Assembly: GCA_963664115.2 (NCBI GenBank)
Contig: CAXWPJ010000002.1
Coordinates: forward strand, 64,001-128,000
Reading direction: 5' to 3'
Length of the DNA stretch: 64,000 nt
Source: Terriglobia bacterium
Lineage (GTDB): Bacteria; Acidobacteriota; Terriglobia; 20CM-2-55-15
The stretch's first letter is position 1, and each line of letters opens with the position of its first letter. Under the pieces are notes generated by a model. The model had not been told where the DNA came from, ran no database searches, and saw nothing but the letters and a program-made list of their open reading frames with translations. Positions 19,560-28,623 of the stretch are shown here, in pieces. Made by a program: the position numbers and the translations under genes.

Positions 19560-19965
19560 GCAACGCGCCTGGGGGAGAGGGCTGAGGTCCCGGCGGTTTG
19601 CGGAGAGTGATCTTCACGTCTGCGTTGGGGCAAGTGATCACATCGTCGAACTGCAGTGTCTGCCGCTTGGCGATAGGGTCTCCGTTGACGAGGAGGCCCT
19701 GGCGTTGTCCCAGGTCGATCAGTTCCAACCGTTCGTCCTCGTAGCGTATTTCGATCGAATTGCGCGACATGCCGCGGTCCTGGATCGCAGCATGATTTAA
19801 GTCTCCTCTACCAATGCGGAAAGGAAACGACTTTAAGGGAATGAGTCGGGGCTGGGTGAGGGCGTCCGCCGAGTCCACTGTTTCTGCAAGCTCCGGGGCG
19901 AACTCCACTCTGGAGGCTGGCGACACTTCCAAGATGGCTATGAGGTCCTGATTTCCTGGTGGCAT
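19549..19965 (-). CDS. FHA domain protein (possibly truncated)
   Basis: FRIGRG...SR...DLG..GLLVNG FHA pattern with a degenerate SRxH. Confidence 0.65.
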   Translation of the reverse strand: MPPGNQDLIAILEVSPASRVEFAPELAETVDSADALTQPRLIPLKSFPFRIGRGDLNHAAIQDRGMSRNSIEIRYEDERLELIDLGQRQGLLVNGDPIAKRQTLQFDDVITCPNADVKITLRKPPGPQPSPPGALPTE

Positions 19966-20368
19966 TTCTTTGGGTGGGGCCTTAGGTTAACGGGAGAGAT
20001 CGCCGAACGGCTCAGAACTCTTCCGGTCTGTAACCGCTCCACTGGAGCCCGTTCCCACTGCATCCATGATCTTAGTCGAGGGAGGTCGGACGGGTCAAAC
20101 ATCACTTTTCGACTTACTGTCCGAGCGATGCTGAACCCATGCAGACCTGAAATGATGTTCTTTGAGGGTTAGGGCGAACGGATTTCAGGCAAGCTGGGCC
20201 GGCACGTTTGGCAGATATCTGTTGCGACGGGCTCAGGTTAACCTCAGCCCGCCATCGGATGACGCTGAACGGGTGTCGGACGGTTGAGTCCGGCCGTCGG
20301 AATCGCCCGTGGCACGGCGAAGTGACTTGCCGATTGCTCCCAACGCAATTTTATAGTCTGATTCACGG

Positions 20369-20578
20369 GTGACTGGAAATCGAATCGAAGTCGACGTGAA
20401 TCAGTCCGGAGGTGTCAAATACAGGGTCGATTTCATTGGCGGCGATGGCCGCCTGCTCAAACAGGACCTGAGCAATCCCGCCAGCTACGAGATCGAGGGC
20501 AACGAGACCTACGTGAGGGCCAAAGTTGTCGATACCAATGGAAACGTTGCCTGGACCCAACCGGTGATGCTCGAGTGA
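20369..20578 (+). pseudogene. C-terminal fragment of a PHP/CehA-McbA-like metallohydrolase
   Basis: YVRAKVVDTNGNVAWTQPV is the typical terminus; no N-terminal part is present upstream. Confidence 0.55.
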
Positions 20579-20653
20579 TCAAAGAAATTGCGCAAGCGCT
20601 GACGGGGAGAGCGCCGGCTGGCTGTGTGACATCAAAAAGAAGGCGTTCCGAAC

Positions 20654-21886
20654 TCAGGCGGGCTCTATGTAAGAACTGTTGATCTCTGCGACGGATGTCA
20701 CGCCCGCTTCCTGCATCACACGGCGGAACTCCCGACTCAGAATTCTGAGGACCTGCTCGACCCCTGCCTGACCGAAAGATCCGAGTCCCCATACATAGGG
20801 CCGTCCGACACAAACGGCGTCGGCACCGAGTGCCAGCGCTTTGAAGATGTCGGTGCCACGACGAAAGCCACCGTCGATGAGTACGGGAATCCTGCCACGC
20901 ACGGCCGCTACGATTTCGGGCAGGCTCTCGATCGTCGAGCGGCCACTCGCTTCCGCCCGGCCACCATGATTCGAGACGATGATGCCGTCCACACCATGCT
21001 GCAGACACAGTGCGGCATCTTGCGCGGTCACAATGCCCTTCAGCATGACCCGCATGGAGGTCGCGGATTTAAGCCTTTCCACAAAATCCCAGGTCAATCC
21101 GGACGCCTGGGTGCTTTCCACGCCTGTGAGGTCGATGCCGGTCCACATGGCCCGGTTCCTCAACCGCTCCTCGGGCGGGCCTTCAATATGACAGGCAGCA
21201 CAGTCGGCGGTGTCCATTCTTCGGTAGCGCTCGAAGGTCTCCATATTCCGCGGTGCAGCGCGGTCGACCGTGATGGCGACGACCGGGCACCCAGCCTGCT
21301 CGGCCCGCCGGGTCAGACCTTCGGCGATGTGCCAGTGATTCGATGGGTAGAGCTGAAACCACACCGGGGCGCCCCGTGCAGCCGTCACATCCTCAACGGT
21401 CCGGCTGGTCTGCGTCGACAGGATCTGCGTGTGCCCCCCGGCTCTGGCGCCTCGCGCCGACGCGACTTCGCCATCCGCGTGGTACTTGCCCTGTCCGCCA
21501 ACCGGTGACAGCGCGATCGGCGTTTCCCAGCGTTCGCCGAAAATACTTGTCGCAGTGTCAACCTCGCGGACGTCCACCATTCGCCGAGCGCGGATTCGAA
21601 ACCGTTCGAAACCCATGCGGTTGGCTAACACGGTCTCATCACCGTCCGTACCCGAAACCGTATAGCCGTAATGAGCCGGCAACATGCGCATCTTGGCTGC
21701 GGGTTCGAAATCAAACACGTTTAGCGCTTCTTCGGCTGCGTTGATGAGCTCGACGGGCAAATCGTCCTGTGCCCAGAGTTTATGTGTCAGCAACGGCAAA
21801 ACTCCCGAACCCGCAAGCAACGGTGTGCCCGCCAGGAACCGGAGAAAACCACGTCGGTTAGCGATCGACTCTTTTCTGTCTGACAT
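20654..21886 (-). CDS. FMN-dependent alpha-hydroxy acid oxidase/dehydrogenase with a Tat signal
   Basis: NRRGFLRFL twin-Arg; WFQLY, VMLKGI, SNHGGR, DGGFRRGTD, GRP motifs. Confidence 0.92.
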   Translation of the reverse strand: MSDRKESIANRRGFLRFLAGTPLLAGSGVLPLLTHKLWAQDDLPVELINAAEEALNVFDFEPAAKMRMLPAHYGYTVSGTDGDETVLANRMGFERFRIRARRMVDVREVDTATSIFGERWETPIALSPVGGQGKYHADGEVASARGARAGGHTQILSTQTSRTVEDVTAARGAPVWFQLYPSNHWHIAEGLTRRAEQAGCPVVAITVDRAAPRNMETFERYRRMDTADCAACHIEGPPEERLRNRAMWTGIDLTGVESTQASGLTWDFVERLKSATSMRVMLKGIVTAQDAALCLQHGVDGIIVSNHGGRAEASGRSTIESLPEIVAAVRGRIPVLIDGGFRRGTDIFKALALGADAVCVGRPYVWGLGSFGQAGVEQVLRILSREFRRVMQEAGVTSVAEINSSYIEPA

Positions 21887-22134
21887 TACTCCCCCGTTTG
21901 CTCATTTGTTTACTGAAGGTTCCACCTTAATCGGGATAGTCCTCCGGAGCTTTCCGCCCGATCGTCCCTCTGATCACCGGAACCTGTTCCTTCCTGTGGT
22001 GGCAAGATTGATAGGGATCTGCCTTGCCAGGGAAGTCTGGCGCATACACGATAGTCATCTGACTGCCTTTCTTGTGGGCAGTCCAGGTCGAGGGCAACCT
22101 CAGGTAGAATCGAATCTCTCCGAAGCGCGATGAT

Positions 22135-23223
22135 TCAATTCCCGTTTTCGACGTATTTCGTCACGCCCCTGAGTTGGGCTTCCGCCGTGTAGATATTGCC
22201 CTCGGGGTCGATCGCGATACCTTCGCCCATCGCACCGGTCGGAGAATCCGTCGGGTGTGCCGGAATGAACATGGTCACTTTCCCGTCTCGAAGGCTGCCG
22301 ATCCGGATTCCTCTCAGCCAGCCCGGGTGTCTCGTTTCGCTCGACTCGGAGTCGGCGGCGTAGATGACATCATTGCTGTCGATGGCCAGCCCGCTGACGC
22401 GTCCAAATTCAGCGTATTCACGGATGAACCTGCCGTCCTTGGTCAGTATCTGGATGCGATGGTTGTGGCGATCAGCGACGATGAGCCGGCCCTGGGAATC
22501 GAACGCTAGCGCATGCGGCGTCCGGAACTCCCCCGGCCCCGTTCCGGTCTTGCCGATCACTCTGAGGAAGTTCCCATCTCTGTCGAAGACGGAGATGCGC
22601 CCGATCAGGTTGGGATCGTTTACGTTCGTATGGCTCTCCGCCACGTACACGTCACCATTTCCCGGGTCGGTCACGACGCTGGTCGGGTCAGTCAGAGCTT
22701 CGGGAGGGTTTCCGCTCACACCCGGCGTCCCAAGCGTCATGAGGACACTGCCTTCGGGGCTGAACTTGAGGACGACACTTCCGTTGTTGCCCTCGGCTCG
22801 TGCGTCGGCGACCCACACATTTCCGTCTCGATCGACATGGATGCCATGCGGCCAGACGAACATCCCGCTGCCAAAGCTTAGGATCTCATTTCCAGACTCA
22901 TCGAAATGGTGGACCGGGCTCCCTTGGCTGCCGACACAGCCCGGGGTCGTCCCGGGTGAGCATCGGTCGACGGCCCACACGGACCTGCCATCGGGGTCAA
23001 TGGCGACGCCGTTGGAGCCGCCCCATGGTCTTGACTCTATATCGAACTGTGCCCAGTCCCGGATGACGCGGTAAGGATTGGGGCCGCTGTTGACGGGCTG
23101 AACTCTGTCCGTCTCGGCCGTGCCTCCCGCCTGTTGCGTGTGAGCACTCGTTGCCACCAGGGCAATCCCGACGGCAGCAATCACCACCATCAACCAGAAC
23201 CTCACGAAACCTGAAATGCTCAT
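22135..23223 (-). CDS. Secreted NHL-repeat beta-propeller (PAL-like) protein
   Basis: Signal peptide; WPHGIHVDRDGNVWVAD; GEFRTPHALAFDSQGRLIVADRHNHRIQ. Confidence 0.88.
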   Translation of the reverse strand: MSISGFVRFWLMVVIAAVGIALVATSAHTQQAGGTAETDRVQPVNSGPNPYRVIRDWAQFDIESRPWGGSNGVAIDPDGRSVWAVDRCSPGTTPGCVGSQGSPVHHFDESGNEILSFGSGMFVWPHGIHVDRDGNVWVADARAEGNNGSVVLKFSPEGSVLMTLGTPGVSGNPPEALTDPTSVVTDPGNGDVYVAESHTNVNDPNLIGRISVFDRDGNFLRVIGKTGTGPGEFRTPHALAFDSQGRLIVADRHNHRIQILTKDGRFIREYAEFGRVSGLAIDSNDVIYAADSESSETRHPGWLRGIRIGSLRDGKVTMFIPAHPTDSPTGAMGEGIAIDPEGNIYTAEAQLRGVTKYVENGN

Positions 23224-23249
23224 GTCTATGCTCCTTTTCAGTTCGGTAA

Positions 23250-23278
23250 AGAATATTAGAGGAAGGAACTAGAAGCAA
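23250..23278 (-). promoter_or_regulatory. Sigma70 promoter of the NHL gene
   Basis: TTGCTT-17-TATTCT(TTACCGA), then an AAGGAG RBS. Confidence 0.6.
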
Positions 23279-23319
23279 ACAAACTCTCAACGCTAGATCA
23301 GCGCCAGTAGATTTGCCAA

Positions 23320-23357
23320 TCCTCAACGTCCGGGAAGATGATTTCTCAGGACTTGAC
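23320..23357 (-). repeat. Single arm of a MITE-like repeat family (also at 24921-24940, 26841-26939, 28498-28536)
   Basis: CTCAACGTCCGGGAAGATGATTTCTCAGGACTTGA is nearly identical to 26902-26937. Confidence 0.7.
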
Positions 23358-23365
23358 CCGGAAAA

Positions 23366-23430
23366 CTACGGCACCGGCAACCGTTCCTTCAGTTCTTAAA
23401 ACCAGTTCAGGACGGTGTTGATTTGGCTCG
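23366..23430 (-). pseudogene. 3' stub of a Ser/Thr kinase-beta-propeller gene
   Basis: Translates as QINTVLNWF*ELKERLPVP*. Confidence 0.75.
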
Positions 23431-23526
23431 ACGAAGGACCGAGAACCTCAAGACTGGAATGGTATAACTGGAAAATCATCTGTTAGATAAGTGACGTATC
23501 TGTGCCAATGACTTTAAGGACGTACC

Positions 23527-23616
23527 GCGAACTTCAGGTGAATATCTGCTCGGTCTTTCCATGATGACTCCAATCTTCTCAAGTTATGGAGTCTCCGGAA
23601 AACCCGGGGCGGTGCA
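23527..23616 (-). mobile_element. Left-end remnant of an IS3-family (IS51/IS629-like) element
   Basis: TGCACCGCCCCGGGTTTTCCGGAGAC IR, then GGAG RBS and orfA start MERPSRYSPEVR, then truncated. Confidence 0.7.
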
Positions 23617-23636
23617 AACGGTCCGTTCGGTCTGGA

Positions 23637-24659
23637 CTAGCGGTGACGCGCCCATCGGGCGCCCGCGCATTCTCCGACAACCGTCAAATGTCGCTCCGGG
23701 GCATCGCCACCGACAAACGGATGGGGGTCGGCGGGACCGCGGAACCTCAAGGCATTGATCTTGTCCAATGTCTTGTCCTGCGCGACATGGCTCGCGATGT
23801 AGACGTCAGCCCGCGCCCGCATCACGATCTCGCGGTACCGTCGTGCCGCTTCGTAGTAGGCTTGGAACCCCTCTGCGGGGGTTGAATAGTAGCGGTTTCC
23901 GACCCGGTTTCCGCCCCATATCGAGCCCATGTGCCACTGCTCGCCATCCTTGAGCGGGACCAGGGCCGAAACAGTGCCGAGGGTATGACCCGGCGTTATG
24001 TAGAGCCTCACGGTCGTGTCGCCGAGCGTCAGTTCCATACCATCGGTGATCACCATGTCCCTCTGAGGCTTCCCCTCCTCGGGACCGTTGGAGCTGGCCA
24101 TTAGATCCCAATCCAACTCGGACAGGAGAATGCGCGCACCGTAGGTATCCTGAAGATGCCGCGCACCGCCGGAATGGTCGGGATGGCCATGGGTCAGGAT
24201 GACATATTTGATGTCGGCTGGATCGAGACCGAGCGTCCTCAGTCCCTCGTCCACGGTCACTTCAACGCTGTAGTCGTAAACCGCGTCAATAAGGATGATG
24301 CCCTCGGAAGTGGTGATCGCCCAGGCGGCCACCCCTTCGGCAGTCACTCCCGGTTGCAGTGTGGCGAGAAAATACAGGTTATCGAAAACCTGCGCCGGAG
24401 GCTGGAACCAGTCGGAGCGCTCGAGCTGCCTGCGCTCGGGGGGTGCAGCCGCGCCACCGGCCTGGGACGGTGGGGCCGGTACAGGCTCAAAACAGAGTCC
24501 GTCGAACACCCAGCTGAAATCATCCCCAGGGTGATACGTGGCCGCCCGGGCGGCAGCTACGTGGACCTCACCCGGATCTTCCTGAGCCGCCAATGCCTCT
24601 GCGCTGAAAGACGCAAACCACAGGACCGAACAAATCAGAGCTATCCAATAGCGCTTCAT
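23637..24659 (-). CDS. Secreted MBL-fold metallo-hydrolase (subclass B3-like)
   Basis: Signal peptide; THGHPDHSGG; TPGHTLG; ASH. Confidence 0.9.
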   Translation of the reverse strand: MKRYWIALICSVLWFASFSAEALAAQEDPGEVHVAAARAATYHPGDDFSWVFDGLCFEPVPAPPSQAGGAAAPPERRQLERSDWFQPPAQVFDNLYFLATLQPGVTAEGVAAWAITTSEGIILIDAVYDYSVEVTVDEGLRTLGLDPADIKYVILTHGHPDHSGGARHLQDTYGARILLSELDWDLMASSNGPEEGKPQRDMVITDGMELTLGDTTVRLYITPGHTLGTVSALVPLKDGEQWHMGSIWGGNRVGNRYYSTPAEGFQAYYEAARRYREIVMRARADVYIASHVAQDKTLDKINALRFRGPADPHPFVGGDAPERHLTVVGECAGARWARHR

Positions 24660-24868
24660 GACTCTTCTTCCCCCTCAGACAGTGACATTCAATCATTAAA
24701 AACATGGTTCGGGTGCTGGGATTGCGCCAACCATGCGCGAGTTTGGTGCCGGGTTCGACGGGCACGGTTAGTTGGTCGGCACGAGACGTTGATCTTGTAT
24801 CGGCCGAGTTATGTTCCTGATTCCATCTTGTCAGTGTATCGCTTGTTGAACCGTAAGAAACTCGGTAA

Positions 24869-24919
24869 AGAATACTAAGAGAGAGAGAGAGAGAGAGAGA
24901 GAGAGTTAGGCGCTATTAA
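24869..24919 (-). promoter_or_regulatory. Promoter copy whose -35/-10 spacer is expanded to 39 nt by a microsatellite
   Basis: TTAATA-[gcgcctaa(ct)14tag]-TATTCT, homologous to the 17-nt-spacer copy at 26811-26839. Confidence 0.55.
24878..24905. repeat. (AG)14 dinucleotide microsatellite
   Basis: Direct count of 14 units. Confidence 0.95.
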
Positions 24920-24944
24920 ATTCTCAAGTCCTGAGAAACGATTT

Positions 24945-25017
24945 CGGATCAACCGGTCGATGCAACACTTTACTGAAAAGGAGAGGTGAAGTGTTGCATC
25001 GATCTGTTGAGACCACC
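24945..25017. mobile_element. Mini inverted-repeat element with IS30-like ends
   Basis: TCAACCGGTCGATGCAACACT...AGTGTTGCATCGATCTGTTGA, only ~20 bp apart; GCAACAC-type IS30 IRs. Confidence 0.55.
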
Positions 25018-25044
25018 TGATTTGTCGGGACTTGACCCGGACAA

Positions 25045-25110
25045 TCAGGGAAGCGGCACCCGTTCCTTCAGTTCTTCAAACCAGTTGAGGACGATTTGCG
25101 TCTGAGCGCT
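25045..25110 (-). pseudogene. 3' stub of a Ser/Thr kinase-beta-propeller gene
   Basis: AQTQIVLNWFEELKERVPLP*. Confidence 0.75.
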
Positions 25111-25319
25111 TCTGTCATTCCGATTCCATCAACCAACCCACCCGAGATAGGGGGGCGACGACCCTCAGCGGCCCGTGCTATCTTCATCCGCCGACACGAT
25201 TGACAAACACTTGTACGAAAACTAAACTTCGCTCAAAGCAACGCGCGGCATGTCCTCGTCCTCCCGGGTGAGACTATCTTACGAAATCCCCGTTCCCGCG
25301 TTGCTCAGGAGGTGTTCGC

Positions 25320-25715
25320 ATGTTCCGGACTCTACAAATTGTTTTATTTTGCTTCTGCTTTGCGGCAGTGGCCGTGGCGCACCACAACACGCTTGCCGTA
25401 TACCTCATGAATGACACGATGACGCTGGAGGGAACCGTGACGCGTGTGGAGTGGCGAAACCCGCACATATGGTTCTACATCGATGTCGTCGATGACGCGG
25501 GAGACGTCACGAACTGGGGTATAGAATTCCAGACCCCTCCCTTGAGAATGGCCAGGGCCGGCTGGACGCAGGAATCGTTGCAGGTTGGCGACGTGGTCAT
25601 GGTGGAAGGTTCTCTTCCGAGAAACAGCGAACTCAAACGACTCTTGAGCCAGAGGACGATCCTGTCGGACGGCAGACTACTGGGCGACAGAGCCGGGAAC
25701 AATCCGGCGGGATAG
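25320..25715 (+). CDS. DUF6152 family secreted protein
   Basis: Signal peptide then HH; TLEGTVTRVEWRNPH; AGGAGG RBS. Confidence 0.85.
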   Translation: MFRTLQIVLFCFCFAAVAVAHHNTLAVYLMNDTMTLEGTVTRVEWRNPHIWFYIDVVDDAGDVTNWGIEFQTPPLRMARAGWTQESLQVGDVVMVEGSLPRNSELKRLLSQRTILSDGRLLGDRAGNNPAG

Positions 25716-25775
25716 TCCCAGTCAAACCCAGAGCACGTTAAGGAAACCTGATGCGGTCACCTTGCCGCACGGTCG

Positions 25776-26555
25776 ATGAGAGGTATTGACATGAAGAATG
25801 GCATTCAGTTTGCACTGTGTTTCGTGATTCTAGTTTGCGCCGTCTCGTGTGCCCCCGTCCCGGACGCCGCCCAAACGGATTGGGATCCGAGGGACTTCGG
25901 GGGTATTTGGCGGAACAGCGCCAGAGACATCACGACGGTGTTGCAGCCGGGCGAGGAGATCGCGTTTACACCCTATGGCGCCGAGCAGCACAGGACTTTC
26001 GATCTTTTCGACTATTCCACCAAGGGATGCCTGCACAAGGGGCTCACCCGGCAGTTGCTCTCTAACGCTCTTTCGCAGTTCGCCTACGATCCCCGGCTCG
26101 AGCAGATGATCCTCTTGCACGAGGACCACTACCGCTGGCGGTCAATCTACATGGACGGCCGGGAGCATCCCCCTGAGGCCTACGCATTGCCGGAGCCGGC
26201 GGGACATTCGATCGGCCACTGGGAGGGCGACACCCTGGTTGTGGACTCGATCGGCTTCCGCGACAGCACCTATCTGGACACGGGCGGGCTGGGGCACAGC
26301 AGCGACTTGCATCTCACCGAAAGGTACACCCGGACGGGGCCGGACACAATCGAGTGGGTGGTGACCATCGAGGATCCGACAGTTTTCGTCCATCCGTTTA
26401 CCTTGCAAACGCAGTTCACTCGGGAGCCTCCAGATATCTTTCTCATGTATTACGACTGCGACAACGAACAGGACCTCGAGCACCTGGAGTCGTGGATCCG
26501 AGGCGAGGAAGGTGAACTTCACCAGAATCCCGAGGTTTTCGTGTTCCCCGAGTGA
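25776..26555 (+). CDS. Conserved lipoprotein of the type usually encoded near DUF6152
   Basis: Lipobox VSC; IYMDGREHP, GHSIGHWEGDTLVVD, LHLTERYTR, TIEDP. Confidence 0.8.
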   Translation: MRGIDMKNGIQFALCFVILVCAVSCAPVPDAAQTDWDPRDFGGIWRNSARDITTVLQPGEEIAFTPYGAEQHRTFDLFDYSTKGCLHKGLTRQLLSNALSQFAYDPRLEQMILLHEDHYRWRSIYMDGREHPPEAYALPEPAGHSIGHWEGDTLVVDSIGFRDSTYLDTGGLGHSSDLHLTERYTRTGPDTIEWVVTIEDPTVFVHPFTLQTQFTREPPDIFLMYYDCDNEQDLEHLESWIRGEEGELHQNPEVFVFPE

Positions 26556-26695
26556 TGTGAGATAGCAGGAAGTTCCTCAGTCGAGCCTTGGCGTGATTGT
26601 TGGGAGAATCCCGGTTTCGTTTCCGGGAAGCCGGGATTCGAACAGCAGAGTCCGGGCCGGTTTCGAGCCCGCCGAGTCAGACGACCTCTGCGCGT

Positions 26696-26773
26696 GGCAT
26701 TATCAATTTAACTCCGCCCGGAGCTCAATGCCAGGATGAAGAAGCGCCGGTCCCCCTACCATAGGCATCGTTT
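26696..26773 (+). mobile_element. Left-end remnant of an IS6-family element
   Basis: GGCATTATCAATTTAA IR-like end, then ORF start MKKRRSPYHRHRF (the IS6 'HRF' N-terminus). Confidence 0.5.
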
Positions 26774-26810
26774 TAGTGTGCCGCTTATTAAACTGTAAAA
26801 ATCTCGGTAA

Positions 26811-26839
26811 AGGATACTAATGCAGTTAGGCGCTATCAA
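26811..26839 (-). promoter_or_regulatory. Sigma70 promoter reading outward from the MITE
   Basis: TTGATA-17-TATCCT(TTACCGAG). Confidence 0.55.
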
Positions 26840-26840
26840 A

Positions 26841-26939
26841 TTCTCAAGTTCTGAGAAACGAATTTCCCGGACGTTGAAAAATCCCAGTAAATTGCCCAAT
26901 TCTCAACGTCCGGGAAGATGATTTATCAAGACTTGAGAA
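26841..26939. mobile_element. ~100-bp MITE-like element with ~40-bp imperfect terminal inverted repeats
   Basis: TTCTCAAGTTCTGAGAAACGAATTTCCCGGACGTTGA versus the reverse complement of the right arm, TTCTCAAGTCTTGATAAATCATCTTCCCGGACGTTGA. Confidence 0.65.
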
Positions 26940-27062
26940 TGGATTTCAGCTCTTTATCCAGTATCAGTCGTTGGCGTGGACATAAGAAAGCCCAGGGATC
27001 TCTTGGCACCCTGGGCTCTACAGTCAATCCCTGGGCTCGGACTTGCCGGACTTCTCTGACAG

Positions 27063-27629
27063 TGGTGTTTGAGGGAATCCGTATCTGGTTGATTTGTTGT
27101 GGTACGCCACTGTGAGCAAGAGTAACGTGAATGGAAGATTGAGGATCCACTACGTTGGGGCACAGCAACTGATCCAACGCGCGTCGAATTCCTTATCGGG
27201 GTGGTACGCAACGGACTGCAGACGGGATTGGGTCGGTAACACTTGCGAAGCTGTGGACTTCTGCCTGAAACTTGAGGTCGGTCTGTCGGCGAGCACGGTA
27301 ACGAACAGTACTCGGATGCAGGAGCGTTTGGATGCAGATCGCTGGGTCGTCTGGGCCGACGCATCTACAGCGGACTTCGGGCGGAACAAACCAAGTTGTG
27401 ATTAATGAAGAAGGTTTCCTGGCGATCGAAGACGAGTTGGCGCGAGGTCTTTTGAAGCTGAAGTCCCGTTGTGAATCACGGTGCGATGGGGTTCTGGGCC
27501 GCACTGGAGGAAATCTATCCCGAGACACGTCAACAACGTTGCTGGAGTGAACGGCCCAAGTCGGTCCAGGCGAAGGCGAAACAGGCCCTGCACTTCCAAG
27601 GCATTCGACTTGTTCATTGAAACCTATGA
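27063..27629 (+). mobile_element. Fragmented IS256 copy with many short internal deletions (likely consensus artefact)
   Basis: Collinear near-identical blocks of the IS at 34245-35630, separated by many small gaps. Confidence 0.8.
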
Positions 27630-27894
27630 AAACTTCCGGAACTTCCGGCCCCGAATCCCAAACATTTCCAGCCTCTTTCATCTTCTCGGCGAGATCTTCC
27701 GTCTGTAGCATCTCCTTCATGACTTCTGGATCTTCTACCTCCCAGATTACAAGCACCATGTTTTCGTCACTGGATTCTTGGTAGATACCGACTTCCTTGA
27801 GCCCAGCAGCATTACGCCTCGGCAGGTCAGCATCGTAGAGAGGTTTCCAAGCTGAATAGTCAGCGACTTTGGTTCGCAAAAATGCGGTAGCCAT
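27630..27894 (-). CDS. Small dimeric alpha+beta barrel ('cyclase'/ABM-like) protein; 3' end runs into IS sequence
   Basis: MATAFLRTKVADYSAWKPLYD...MKEAG; AAGGAGG RBS. Confidence 0.65.
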
Positions 27895-28321
27895 TTGCTC
27901 CTCCTTCTCATGAATCAAAATTATCGTTGCGTGTTTCGCTGATTATCGGCTCACAAAATCAACCTAACATCGACTGAGGAGCGGGTATGGCGAACACGGA
28001 GCGACGGAAAGATTAGTCGGCTCACAAAATCGATGCGAGGCGAATACCCGGCGCCCAAGCAGTTGGTGACAGAGAGGAACTGACGCCATATTGAGCTGTT
28101 TCCGATCGGCCTTGGTAGATACCGACTTCCTTGAGCCCAGCAGCATTACGCCTCGGCAGGTCAGCATCGTAGAGAGGTTTCCAAGCTGAATAGTCAGCGA
28201 CTTTGGTTCGCAAAAATGCGGTAGCCATTTGCTCCTCCTTCTCATGAATCAAAATTATCGTTGCGTGTTTCGCTGATTATCGGCTCACAAAATCAACCTA
28301 ACATCGACTGAGGAGCGGGTA
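27781..28321. repeat. ~207-bp direct duplication with 334-bp period (27781-27987 and 28115-28321)
   Basis: Identical sequence covering the 5' half and upstream region of the small barrel gene. Confidence 0.9.
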
Positions 28322-28623
28322 GGCGAACACGGCGGAAAGCGAAGGCGAATACCCGGCGCCCAAGCAGTTGGTGACTGACGCCATATTGTTTAACGGACGG
28401 ATTATAGCTCGGTGGTACTGTTGCGGCGAGGTAATTACTAATCTAGAGAAAGTCTTTAGAACTAGTGGATTGGAAGCAATGATTTGAATCAGCGGGTTTC
28501 TCAATGTCCGACAAGATTCGTTTCTCAGGACTTGAGCCGTCATCTCTGTCTCCACCAACAGAGGTGGACCCCATACGTTGGACAGCTTGGCAGCCAATTT
28601 AAGGTGGATTCCGCGGTTCATGT

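Noticed and set aside
24905-28400. Integron attC-like GTTAGGC / ACCTAAC cores near small genes
   Set aside because: No convincing paired R''/L''-L'/R' hairpins and no integron integrase. The GTTAGGC copies are explained by the promoter repeat.
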